Shown: positions 9,958-17,235 of the stretch, one piece after another
Layout of the letters: each line of letters opens with the position of its first letter
Numbering within the stretch: the first letter of the stretch is position 1
Assembly (NCBI GenBank): GCA_041746575.1
Contig: JBGTGT010000039.1
Location: forward strand, 1-17,235
Reading direction: 5' to 3'
Length of the DNA: 17,235 bases
Source: Microcystaceae cyanobacterium
Lineage (GTDB): Bacteria; Cyanobacteriota; Cyanobacteriia; Cyanobacteriales; Microcystaceae
The notes under the pieces: generated by a model
What the model saw: the letters and a program-made list of their open reading frames with translations, nothing else
Databases searched by the model: none
Told to the model about the DNA's origin: nothing
Position numbers and translations under genes: made by a program

Positions 9958-10015
9958 TAAAACGGAAAAGCTTTTACGATTAAACAAGCCTTTAACCTCA
10001 CAATTATTTAAAAAA

Positions 10016-11917
10016 ATGCCCATGAGCCGCTCTAATCCTGATACCTTCGATGTTTTTAACGTTAAATATTACGAAAACGCTAATCCTTATCTGAATACGG
10101 GTGCATTGGTTTTTACTTTTAATATATGTTCTGGGGGCAATCCCTGCAAATTAGCGACTTATATTGATGATATGTCCCAAGATTTGCCCCAATTAAAAGG
10201 AATTAAGGCTAAAACTTATGGGGAGATGTTCGCCCAAACCTGCGCTGAGATAGGTAAATTAGAGATGGACTTACACCTTGAACACTGGAGTCTAACACTA
10301 GGGGAAGAGGGGGATATTATTGCGCTTCAATGTCTAGATAAACGAACCACTCAAGGGGTTGTCGATGGGGTTTGGGATTGGTTAGAAGCGATTACCCATG
10401 AGGAGCGTTTTGATATTCACACCGAAATTAGCCTTCTTCGAGAAACTTTTCGCGAATCCATCTATGGTGGGCCAACCATATATTCTATGTTAAAAACGGC
10501 TTATCATAAAGATATTCCGACTTTTTATCTGCCCGACGAACGTTTATTTCAGTATGGATATGGCAAATATCAAGTTCGAGGCATGGGAACGACTTTTGAT
10601 AACGATAGTCAACTAGATTCGAGTTTTACAACTTATAAAGATGATTGTAAAGCGTTTTTACTTAATAGCGGCTTCCCTGTCCCTCAAGGTCGTATTATTT
10701 ATTACTTAGATCAGGCATTTGCCGCCGTTCAAGAAATTGGTTATCCTGTCGCTGTTAAACCCGTCGTCGGACATAAGGGGATTGGCGTAACGGCCAATGT
10801 ACAGGATGATAAGGGATTGGAATTTGCCTATGAAACGGCAAGAAATGCCTTGGTAGAGGGAATTTCAAGTATTATTGTCGAACAGAGCATCACAGGGTTT
10901 GATTTTCGTCTCTTATGCGTCGGAGGAAAGTTTGTCGCGGCGATAGAAAGACGGCCTCCCTTTGTGATAGGGGATGGAAAATTAACAATTGAAACCTTAA
11001 TTGAAGCAGAAAATGCCACAGTAGCCCGTTTAGATACGCCTAACTCTGCCTTGAGTAAAATTATAACCGATAAGGTTATGGAGAATTATCTAAGAGAGCA
11101 GGGATTATCGTTAGACAGTGTATTAAATGAAGGGCAAACGGTGTACCTGCGGAAAGTGGCCAACTTATCGGCAGGAGGTGTGAGTATTGATGCTACGCCA
11201 ATTATTCATCCTGATAATATGATTTTGGCGCAGGATATTGCCCAGTATTTTCGATTAGTTTGCATGGGAATTGATGTCATTGCTAAAGACATTTCTCGCT
11301 CTTGGAAAGAGGGAAATTTTGGCATCCTTGAAATTAATGCAGCACCGGGGGTTTTTATGCACTTAAATCCGGCGATTGGGGAAAGTGTTGATGTTCCAGG
11401 GCGTATTTTAGACTATCTTTTTCCGCCGGAAAAACCCTGTCGTGTTCCTGTTATTACGTTCAATAAGCTTTATCGTAATGACATTTATGAGATCGTTGAC
11501 CATATTTTACTGCGTTATCCTTATTGGAATATTGGTTCAGTCTGTCAAGATGGGATCTGGTTGAATCGGGCGGAAAAGGTTTTGCGAAAAGATTATAATA
11601 ACAATGTCAAAAGTTTGTTGCGTCATCCGCAGTTGGATTTATTAATTGTTGAATATCCTGAAGCAATATTACAACAGGAGGGCATGGCTTATGGGAGCAG
11701 TAATTTAGTGATTTTAGAAGATCCCACGGACGCTGAACTGTGTTTAGCACGGGATTTAATGCCCGATGGAACACTAATTTTAAAACAAAAACAGAACATT
11801 TCAGTTAAAGTTCAAGGTCTAATGGAAAGTTATCGCCTAGCCGAATCTGATCTCTTTAGCTATGTTTATCTCAAGGAAATTACTCGGATGATTTTGAATC
11901 TTAATCATTCACCCTAA
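10016..11917 (+). CDS. cphA2: Cyanophycin synthetase 2 (beta-Asp-Arg dipeptide-polymerising type)
   Basis: 633 aa. CphA-type GPTIYSM and QYGYGKYQVR; ATP-grasp domain (GYPVAVKPVVGHKGIGVT, ANLSAGG, ILEINAAPG). The C-terminal domain is short, with RVPVITFNKL where CphA1 has the Mur-ligase GTNGKTT P-loop. Alternative start at 10022. Confidence 0.88.
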   Translation: MPMSRSNPDTFDVFNVKYYENANPYLNTGALVFTFNICSGGNPCKLATYIDDMSQDLPQLKGIKAKTYGEMFAQTCAEIGKLEMDLHLEHWSLTLGEEGDIIALQCLDKRTTQGVVDGVWDWLEAITHEERFDIHTEISLLRETFRESIYGGPTIYSMLKTAYHKDIPTFYLPDERLFQYGYGKYQVRGMGTTFDNDSQLDSSFTTYKDDCKAFLLNSGFPVPQGRIIYYLDQAFAAVQEIGYPVAVKPVVGHKGIGVTANVQDDKGLEFAYETARNALVEGISSIIVEQSITGFDFRLLCVGGKFVAAIERRPPFVIGDGKLTIETLIEAENATVARLDTPNSALSKIITDKVMENYLREQGLSLDSVLNEGQTVYLRKVANLSAGGVSIDATPIIHPDNMILAQDIAQYFRLVCMGIDVIAKDISRSWKEGNFGILEINAAPGVFMHLNPAIGESVDVPGRILDYLFPPEKPCRVPVITFNKLYRNDIYEIVDHILLRYPYWNIGSVCQDGIWLNRAEKVLRKDYNNNVKSLLRHPQLDLLIVEYPEAILQQEGMAYGSSNLVILEDPTDAELCLARDLMPDGTLILKQKQNISVKVQGLMESYRLAESDLFSYVYLKEITRMILNLNHSP

Positions 11918-11978
11918 TGGTTCGGTGAGTAAAGGAAAAAGACCCAAAAAATTAATTGAATAAACAATAAAAAGTTGC

Positions 11979-12025
11979 TTATCGCAAATTACGAGTTGAG
12001 ATCGTACCGCTCTAGGCGCGAACCT
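11979..12025 (-). repeat. Dispersed intergenic repeat, copy B
   Basis: Reverse complement is 37/47 identical to 5761-5807; lies between convergent cphA2 and ispE. Confidence 0.75.
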
Positions 12026-12052
12026 CAAGTCTCAAAACATTTTGTTATTAAG

Positions 12053-12994
12053 CTAAATGACTTGAATTCCACTTGAATTAAACTGAGATATCCAAATTCC
12101 TAAATCTGGGTCGCTGATACTTTCTCTTACTTTTTGAGAGATTCGCTGGGCTTCTGTTTCAGATTGGCAAAGAGTAAACACCGTGGGGCCGGAGCCGGAC
12201 ATCATTGTTCCTAATCCCCCTGCTTGTGTCATAAGGTTTCTGAGTTCTTCCACCTTAGGATAAGCCGGTAAAACCACTTTTTCTAAATCATTATGCATAG
12301 ATAAACCGATTTTTTCGGCATCGTGTTGAGAAATGGCTTGGACTAACCTACCTGAATGAACCGTTAAGGTGCGACGTTCAATGGCAGAAGTATCCGATAC
12401 ATAAAGATCCTGAAACATTTGACGATAACGCTGATATGCCCAAGGGGTAGCCACCTCAGTACTCTCATATTTGGCTAAAACAACCCATATATTCACTAAA
12501 TCGTGTAATGAATCAATTTTTTCGCCGCGGCCAGTCGCGATCGCTGTTCCTCCTGTTAAACAAAACGGTACATCTGATCCCAATTGGGCGGCCAGTTCGG
12601 CCAGTTCGGGACGGGTTAACCCTAATTTCCAGAGAAGATTCAAACCCACTAATACGGCGGCACCATCCGTTGATCCGCCCGCTAATCCAGCAGAAATCGG
12701 TATATTTTTCTCTAAATTAATCTCTACTCCCCCATAATTGGCAAAAGCGTTGGGAAAGGTTTGACACATCAACTGAGCCGCTTTATAAATTAAATTACGC
12801 TCATCGAGAGGAACACTGGGGTGATCGCAGTAAAGACGGATAGAATCAAGTCCATTGGCTGAAATCTCGATAATATCGGCAAGATCGATACTTTGTAAAA
12901 TCATCACCAATTCGTGAAATCCATCGGGGCGATCGCCAATAATTTCTAGATAAAGATTAATTTTAGCAGGTGCAAGCAGGGTATAGAAACGCAT
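12053..12994 (-). CDS. ispE: 4-diphosphocytidyl-2-C-methyl-D-erythritol kinase
   Basis: APAKINLYL, KNIPISAGLAGGSTD, LGSDVPF, MSGSGPTVF (GHMP kinase motifs). Confidence 0.97.
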   Translation of the reverse strand: MRFYTLLAPAKINLYLEIIGDRPDGFHELVMILQSIDLADIIEISANGLDSIRLYCDHPSVPLDERNLIYKAAQLMCQTFPNAFANYGGVEINLEKNIPISAGLAGGSTDGAAVLVGLNLLWKLGLTRPELAELAAQLGSDVPFCLTGGTAIATGRGEKIDSLHDLVNIWVVLAKYESTEVATPWAYQRYRQMFQDLYVSDTSAIERRTLTVHSGRLVQAISQHDAEKIGLSMHNDLEKVVLPAYPKVEELRNLMTQAGGLGTMMSGSGPTVFTLCQSETEAQRISQKVRESISDPDLGIWISQFNSSGIQVI

Positions 12995-13123
12995 GATTTT
13001 TCAAGTAAACCATAGATTGATATTGAGATTGTTTGTAATAAACTTTTTAGGGCTTAAAATGACTGTTTGATAAAATTTAAAGCCCTCATTACCCACTTGT
13101 TTATCTTCATGGGTTAATTAGTC

Positions 13124-13858
13124 TTAAGCCATCACCATGCCCCCATCGACATTAAACGTTTGCCCTGTAATATAAGCGGCGGAGGGATCAACGGCTAAAA
13201 AGCGAACCATGCCGGCCACTTCATCAGGTTGACCAAAGCGTCCCAAAGGAATAAACTTTAAAATCTCGTCTGCTTTAATATCGTGAGTCATATCTGTCTC
13301 AATAAAGCCTGGAGCAACCGCATTTGCGGTAATACCACGACTGGCTAATTCTTTCGCTACGGTTTTTGTAAAACCAATGACCCCTGCCTTAGCCGCACTG
13401 TAATTGCCTTGGCCAGGATTTCCCATTAAGCCTGAAACAGAAGCAATATTGATAATTCGTCCCGATTTCTGCTTCAACATCGGTTTAATCACGGCTTTTG
13501 TACAGAGAAATACCCCTGTCAAATTGAGATTAATGACGGCTTGCCAATCCTCTAATTTCATACGCATTAAGAGGGTATCACGGGTAATTCCGGCATTATT
13601 CACTAAAATATCCACTCGCCCAAAAGTATCCAAAGTAGTTTGAATCAACGCATCCACTTCCTCGGCTTGAGAAACATCTGCTTTTACGGCGATCGCCTTA
13701 CTTCCTTTTTCTTCAATCAATCTCACCACTTCGTCAGCGGCGGCAGAACGACTGGCATAATTAACCACTATCTTAACGCCAGCATCAGCTAACGCTAAGG
13801 CGGCCGCTTGGCCGATTCCTCTAGAAGATCCGGTGATAATCGCAACTGCATTCGTCAT
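13124..13858 (-). CDS. fabG: 3-oxoacyl-ACP reductase
   Basis: TGSSRGIG, NNAGITRDTLLMRM, GNPGQGNYSAAKAG, VAPGFIETDMT, VDGGM. Confidence 0.95.
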   Translation of the reverse strand: MTNAVAIITGSSRGIGQAAALALADAGVKIVVNYASRSAAADEVVRLIEEKGSKAIAVKADVSQAEEVDALIQTTLDTFGRVDILVNNAGITRDTLLMRMKLEDWQAVINLNLTGVFLCTKAVIKPMLKQKSGRIINIASVSGLMGNPGQGNYSAAKAGVIGFTKTVAKELASRGITANAVAPGFIETDMTHDIKADEILKFIPLGRFGQPDEVAGMVRFLAVDPSAAYITGQTFNVDGGMVMA

Positions 13859-14104
13859 AGTTAAGGTTTCCTGTCAAAACTTTTATTTGTTCCTGACGGC
13901 TAACGGTTTAAGGATGTTGGCGAAGGTGCAAGATGTCAGGATGACTCAATTATCCTATGAGCGGTTACTTCTTTAACAAGGAATTCTGTTGCCAGAAATC
14001 TAAAAATTTTGTAACAAAGACAGAATTTACGGTACTTTCGATACATTATAAAAGAGGAAAGATTTGCTAAAGTTTAATCAAAACGGAATTCAGAGGTGCA
14101 ATTT

Positions 14105-14446
14105 ATGAAGCGTCTATATTATTTGATTTTAACCCTTGCAATGGGTGCAATAAGCGTTAATACAGCGACTTTAGCACAAAATACTCCTATTCCGGTGGAT
14201 TCGGTGGAATCGCCCCAATTGCCGACGGGTAATAGTGAAGATATTCAAGGAATCGAAAGAGATGCTAATAATTGGGATTGGGGAATAGGCGGCAATTATC
14301 CGCAAAAAAATGAGGAAGCAACCTCAAAAACCCCTTACATTTTATCGCCTGACAATCGTTCTCCTCAAGAATTAACGGACGAATTTCGGTGGCAAAATAT
14401 CGGGGAACCAACGTCTGAAGGCGCAAAGATTCCCTTGAAATTTTAA
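14105..14446 (+). CDS. Hypothetical secreted protein (~113 aa)
   Basis: Sec signal-like MKRLYYLILTLAMGAISVNTATLA|Q, followed by a Pro/Ser/acidic mature region. Start could be GTG 14096 or ATG 14105. Confidence 0.75.
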   Translation: MKRLYYLILTLAMGAISVNTATLAQNTPIPVDSVESPQLPTGNSEDIQGIERDANNWDWGIGGNYPQKNEEATSKTPYILSPDNRSPQELTDEFRWQNIGEPTSEGAKIPLKF

Positions 14447-14466
14447 CGGACAATTGATAAAAATTA

Positions 14467-14964
14467 ATGATAACTTCGGTTCCTTGTGCGATCGCTTTAG
14501 GTAGTAATTTAGGAGATTCTTTAAATATCTTAGAAACGTCCGTTTTGTGGTTAGATTATCACCCCGAAGTGACGGTGGTCGCTCGTTCTCGTTGGTATCG
14601 GACGAAACCGATAGGTCCGCCTCAACCGGATTATTTAAATGGTTGTGCGCTTCTGACGGTTACGTTAACCCCTCACCAATTAATGGCGGTATTGTTAGAA
14701 ATTGAACAGAAGTTTCATCGCATTCGTCTAGAAAAATGGGGACCCAGAACCCTTGATTTAGACCTCTTGCTTTATGATGATTTAGTATTAGAAACCTCTG
14801 ATTTAATGATTCCCCATCCTCGTATGAATGAACGGGCATTTGTCTTAGTTCCCTTAGCAGAAATTGCACCGGATTGGTGCGATCCCATTACCCATAAAAC
14901 CATTCGAGAATTATCAGAAGGATTAGACCATTCTGGGGTAGAATGTTTATCTTGTCAGTTATGA
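14467..14964 (+). CDS. folK: 2-amino-4-hydroxy-6-hydroxymethyldihydropteridine diphosphokinase
   Basis: IALGSNLG, QPDYLN, WGPRTLDLDLL, IPHPRMNERAFVLVPL. Confidence 0.97.
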   Translation: MITSVPCAIALGSNLGDSLNILETSVLWLDYHPEVTVVARSRWYRTKPIGPPQPDYLNGCALLTVTLTPHQLMAVLLEIEQKFHRIRLEKWGPRTLDLDLLLYDDLVLETSDLMIPHPRMNERAFVLVPLAEIAPDWCDPITHKTIRELSEGLDHSGVECLSCQL

Positions 14965-15083
14965 TCTTTATCATTATCATTTTTATTGAATTATTAAGAA
15001 GAAAGCACAATAATTTTAAGATTAAGCTGGAACGTTATAGTATAAAAAAATATATCTCTACAATTTAGTGGATGCTTGATTTT

Positions 15084-15218
15084 ATGAAGAAAGGTGAGTT
15101 ACTGGGAACGTGAGGAGTTGCGACCGCCGTTTTCCTCTTGCTCTTGATTAGGTTTTATTCTTCTGATGTGACGGCACAATCCCCCGATTCAATCCCAATC
15201 ACAAAGACAACTTACTAG
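15084..15218 (+). pseudogene. Decayed 5' fragment of a secreted-protein gene (signal peptide with internal stop)
   Basis: Reads MKKGELLGT*GVATAVFLLLLIRFYSSDVTAQSPDSIPITKTTY*, with TGA at 15111-15113. It is a visibly GC-richer patch within an AT-rich spacer. Confidence 0.5.
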
Positions 15219-15491
15219 AAAATTAGAAGAGCTTGTTATTAAAGTAAAAAAAGAAAAGTAAATAAATCTAAACTAACAATCTAAGTATCATCTTTTATGC
15301 CTATAATTTTTGTAATTCTTAAAGATAATGTGGATTTTTTAGACAAAATCTAAAACTCGAAATGAAAAATATAAGTTGCCGAAAAAAAAGGTACGGGTTG
15401 CAATTTCAGGGAAAAATTGTGCCAAAAAAGGGAATAAATCCGATGTTTTTTCTTTTAAGACATTCGTTTTTAACAAAATATTAAATTAACA

Positions 15492-17084
15492 ATGAGTAAA
15501 TTCTTGATTTATGCCACGATAGCACTGAATTTCTGGCTTGGATACGTCGGTGTCAAGGAGGCTAGGGCAGAGATTTTGCCTGATTACCTTTTACAATGTC
15601 CGTCTAATCCAGAAAGTCAACGGTTTTCACTCAAAAAAATTGAAGTATTGGGCAGCACTGTCTTAAAATCAGAAATTCGCGCCTTAACCGAACCATTGGA
15701 AAATCGGGCGGTTACCCTCGAAGAACTGATTTGTCTGCGGACTGCGATTACGCAACTTTATGTGAATAAGGGGTACATTACATCAGGGGCATTTTTACCC
15801 AACCAACAAGATATAACGGATGGGTTTGTTCAAATTCAAGTTGTAGAAGGCGAAATTGAACGAATTGAGATTAATGGGTTACAGCGATTACAAGATTATT
15901 ATATTCGCTCTCGTTTAGATCGGGTGACCAAAACCCCTTTAAATCAACAAGAATTGCAGAATGGACTCGCTTTATTACAATTAGATCCCTTAATTAAACA
16001 AATTCAAGCAGAATTAACCACAGGGAGTGCTTCGGGTCAGAGTGTCTTAAAGGTTAATCTGGAGGAAGCACGGGCTTTTCAGGCAGTGATCGGCGTAGAT
16101 AACTACCGTCCTCCGAATATTGGCGATAATGAGGCGACGGTTACCCTTTCTCATGGTAATCTCTCAGGATGGGGCGATCGCTTTTTTGGGGAATACGCCA
16201 TCACTGAAGGCTTAAATTTATACAATTTGCACTATAATGTGCCGATTAATGCGATGGATGGTCGAATTGGTTTGCATTACTGGAATACAGACAGCCAAAT
16301 TACCGAAGCCTTATTTAATCCCTTTGATATTCGCAATCAAACTGAGACGTTTAGCGTCGAATATCGTCAACCGATTTATCGCACCCCTCAAACGGAATGG
16401 ACGCTAGGCTTAAACTTAGATATCCGCAGTAGCCGTAGCTCCCTTGAAGGGGGTTCTTTCTGCTTTTCTCAACCTTGTCGTGACGGGAAGACTAATATAA
16501 CGGTTTTGAGATTTTACCAAGAATGGCTGAATCGTGCGCCTAATCGAGCCTTAGCGGCTCGTTCTCAATTAAACTTTGGCATAACGGCTTTTGATGCTAC
16601 TACCCGTAATCTTGAACCTGATCCCGAATTTTTTAGCTGGTTAGGTCAATTTCAATGGGTAAACCGATTTAACAATGACTGGCTCTTGTTAGGTCGTTTT
16701 TACGCTCAAATCGCTGGTGGTCCCCTACCCATTATTGAGCAATTTAGCATGGGGGGGATTGATACGGTGCGAGGCTACGGGCAAAACCAATTAGTGACGG
16801 ATAATGCCTTATTAGGGTCATTAGAGTTGCGAATTCCCTTAACTGAAGATCCCAGTATTTTGCAGTTAACGCCTTTTATTGAGGGGGGAACGGGTTGGAA
16901 TAATTTGTTGCCTGACCCCAATCCAGCGACCTTAGGAGGGATAGGCATCGGATTACGCTGGTTAGTAGTGTCTGGCTTAACGATACGACTAGATTATGGA
17001 ATTCCTTTGGTTTCTTTAGAGAATCAAGGAAATTCTTTACAGGAGCAAGGGTTTTACTTTTCAGTTCGCTATCAACCGTTTTAG
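15492..17084 (+). CDS. ShlB/FhaC/HecB family two-partner secretion outer-membrane transporter (TpsB)
   Basis: Signal peptide (..EARA|E); POTRA motifs (ITQLYVNKGYITSGAFLP, IQVVEGEIERIEING); barrel VRGY motif (GGIDTVRGY); RLDYGIP; C-terminal Phe. Confidence 0.93.
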   Translation: MSKFLIYATIALNFWLGYVGVKEARAEILPDYLLQCPSNPESQRFSLKKIEVLGSTVLKSEIRALTEPLENRAVTLEELICLRTAITQLYVNKGYITSGAFLPNQQDITDGFVQIQVVEGEIERIEINGLQRLQDYYIRSRLDRVTKTPLNQQELQNGLALLQLDPLIKQIQAELTTGSASGQSVLKVNLEEARAFQAVIGVDNYRPPNIGDNEATVTLSHGNLSGWGDRFFGEYAITEGLNLYNLHYNVPINAMDGRIGLHYWNTDSQITEALFNPFDIRNQTETFSVEYRQPIYRTPQTEWTLGLNLDIRSSRSSLEGGSFCFSQPCRDGKTNITVLRFYQEWLNRAPNRALAARSQLNFGITAFDATTRNLEPDPEFFSWLGQFQWVNRFNNDWLLLGRFYAQIAGGPLPIIEQFSMGGIDTVRGYGQNQLVTDNALLGSLELRIPLTEDPSILQLTPFIEGGTGWNNLLPDPNPATLGGIGIGLRWLVVSGLTIRLDYGIPLVSLENQGNSLQEQGFYFSVRYQPF

Positions 17085-17109
17085 TCTCTTTCTTAAATCT
17101 ATCTCAAAA

Positions 17110-17235
17110 GAAAAAAGAGGACTCCCGTGGTTAGCCGATCGGCTTAACGGCGAGATGAATTTTGACGAAGTGGAAGGAAGCCTCGGTATGCCGCGCCGAG
17201 GTCTCTTCCACCAGTAAATAAACTGAGCGGAGCGC
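17110..17235. mobile_element. Probable IS200/IS605-family end or derived palindromic element; runs off the right edge
   Basis: Two GC-rich imperfect hairpins: 17122-17154 (core palindrome AGCCGATCGGCT, followed by GATGAA) and 17170-17211 (GTGGAAG/CTTCCAC outer, CCTCGG/CCGAGG inner). The layout resembles cyanobacterial IS200/IS605 ends. No transposase in the window. Confidence 0.5.

Larger units (their letters stand above)
3718..16181. repeat. HIP1 octamers GCGATCGC at 3718, 12537, 12929, 13689, 14488 and 16174 (dispersed, found by eye)
   Basis: Exact 8-bp palindrome occurs at least six times, far above chance in AT-rich DNA. HIP1 is a hallmark of many cyanobacteria. Confidence 0.85.

Noticed and set aside
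4695..13032. 13-bp direct match ATATTGAGATTGT at 4695 and 13020
   Set aside because: Short and AT-rich, with opposite orientation relative to the downstream genes; likely chance.
13049..13086. AGGGCTT/AAGCCCT inverted repeat between fabG and ispE as a terminator
   Set aside because: Long AT loop and no U-tract on the transcribed (minus) strand.
3280..13858. Apparent lipid/pigment cluster (accC, cruE, ycf54, ispE, fabG)
   Set aside because: Mixed strands, interspersed unrelated genes and long spacers; typical scattered cyanobacterial housekeeping genes rather than a biosynthetic cluster.
13982..14027. 8-bp inverted repeat AATTCTGT/ACAGAATT
   Set aside because: AT-rich arms with a 30-nt spacer; compatible with chance.
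14011..14044. NtcA-like sequences GTAACAAAGACAGA and GTACTTTCGATAC in the fabG/hypothetical spacer
   Set aside because: The first lacks the TAC half-site and a TA-N3-T at the right distance; the second has N7 spacing.
1084..14869. Short ORFs overlapping larger genes (1084, 3226, 3694, 3701, 4198, 9481, 10828, 12471, 12508, 13404, 14265, 14660)
   Set aside because: Antisense or alternate-frame shadows of well-supported CDSs with no recognisable motifs.
1..17235. CRISPR array, tRNA/rRNA, retron or defence system
   Set aside because: No regularly spaced repeats, cloverleaf/T-loop motifs, reverse transcriptase or nuclease ORFs were seen.

Overview
AT-rich cyanobacterial chromosomal segment, supported by six HIP1 octamers (GCGATCGC), ycf54, cphA2 and a cruE/crtU-type gene. 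CphA2 suggests a probably diazotrophic strain; the exact organism cannot be determined. Gene order: a membrane sensor (Cache-HAMP-PAS-PAS) cut off at the start of a third PAS domain by what looks like an ISAs1-family IS end at 140; RDD protein; accC; sulfotransferase; Rieske-insert carotenoid desaturase (CruE/CrtU-like); ycf54; ychF; cphA2 with a consensus NtcA class II promoter; ispE; fabG; a small secreted hypothetical; folK; a decayed signal-peptide gene fragment; a ShlB/FhaC (TpsB) transporter; and a probable IS200/IS605-type hairpin end at the right edge. Most of the window is housekeeping, and I found no convincing new multi-gene system. The best signals outside the ORF track are the IS-truncated sensor, the NtcA promoter, a 47-bp dispersed repeat present twice in opposite orientation, a G-quadruplex/double-hairpin element, and the pseudogene relic upstream of tpsB. 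Family assignments come from motif recognition by eye, not database searches.
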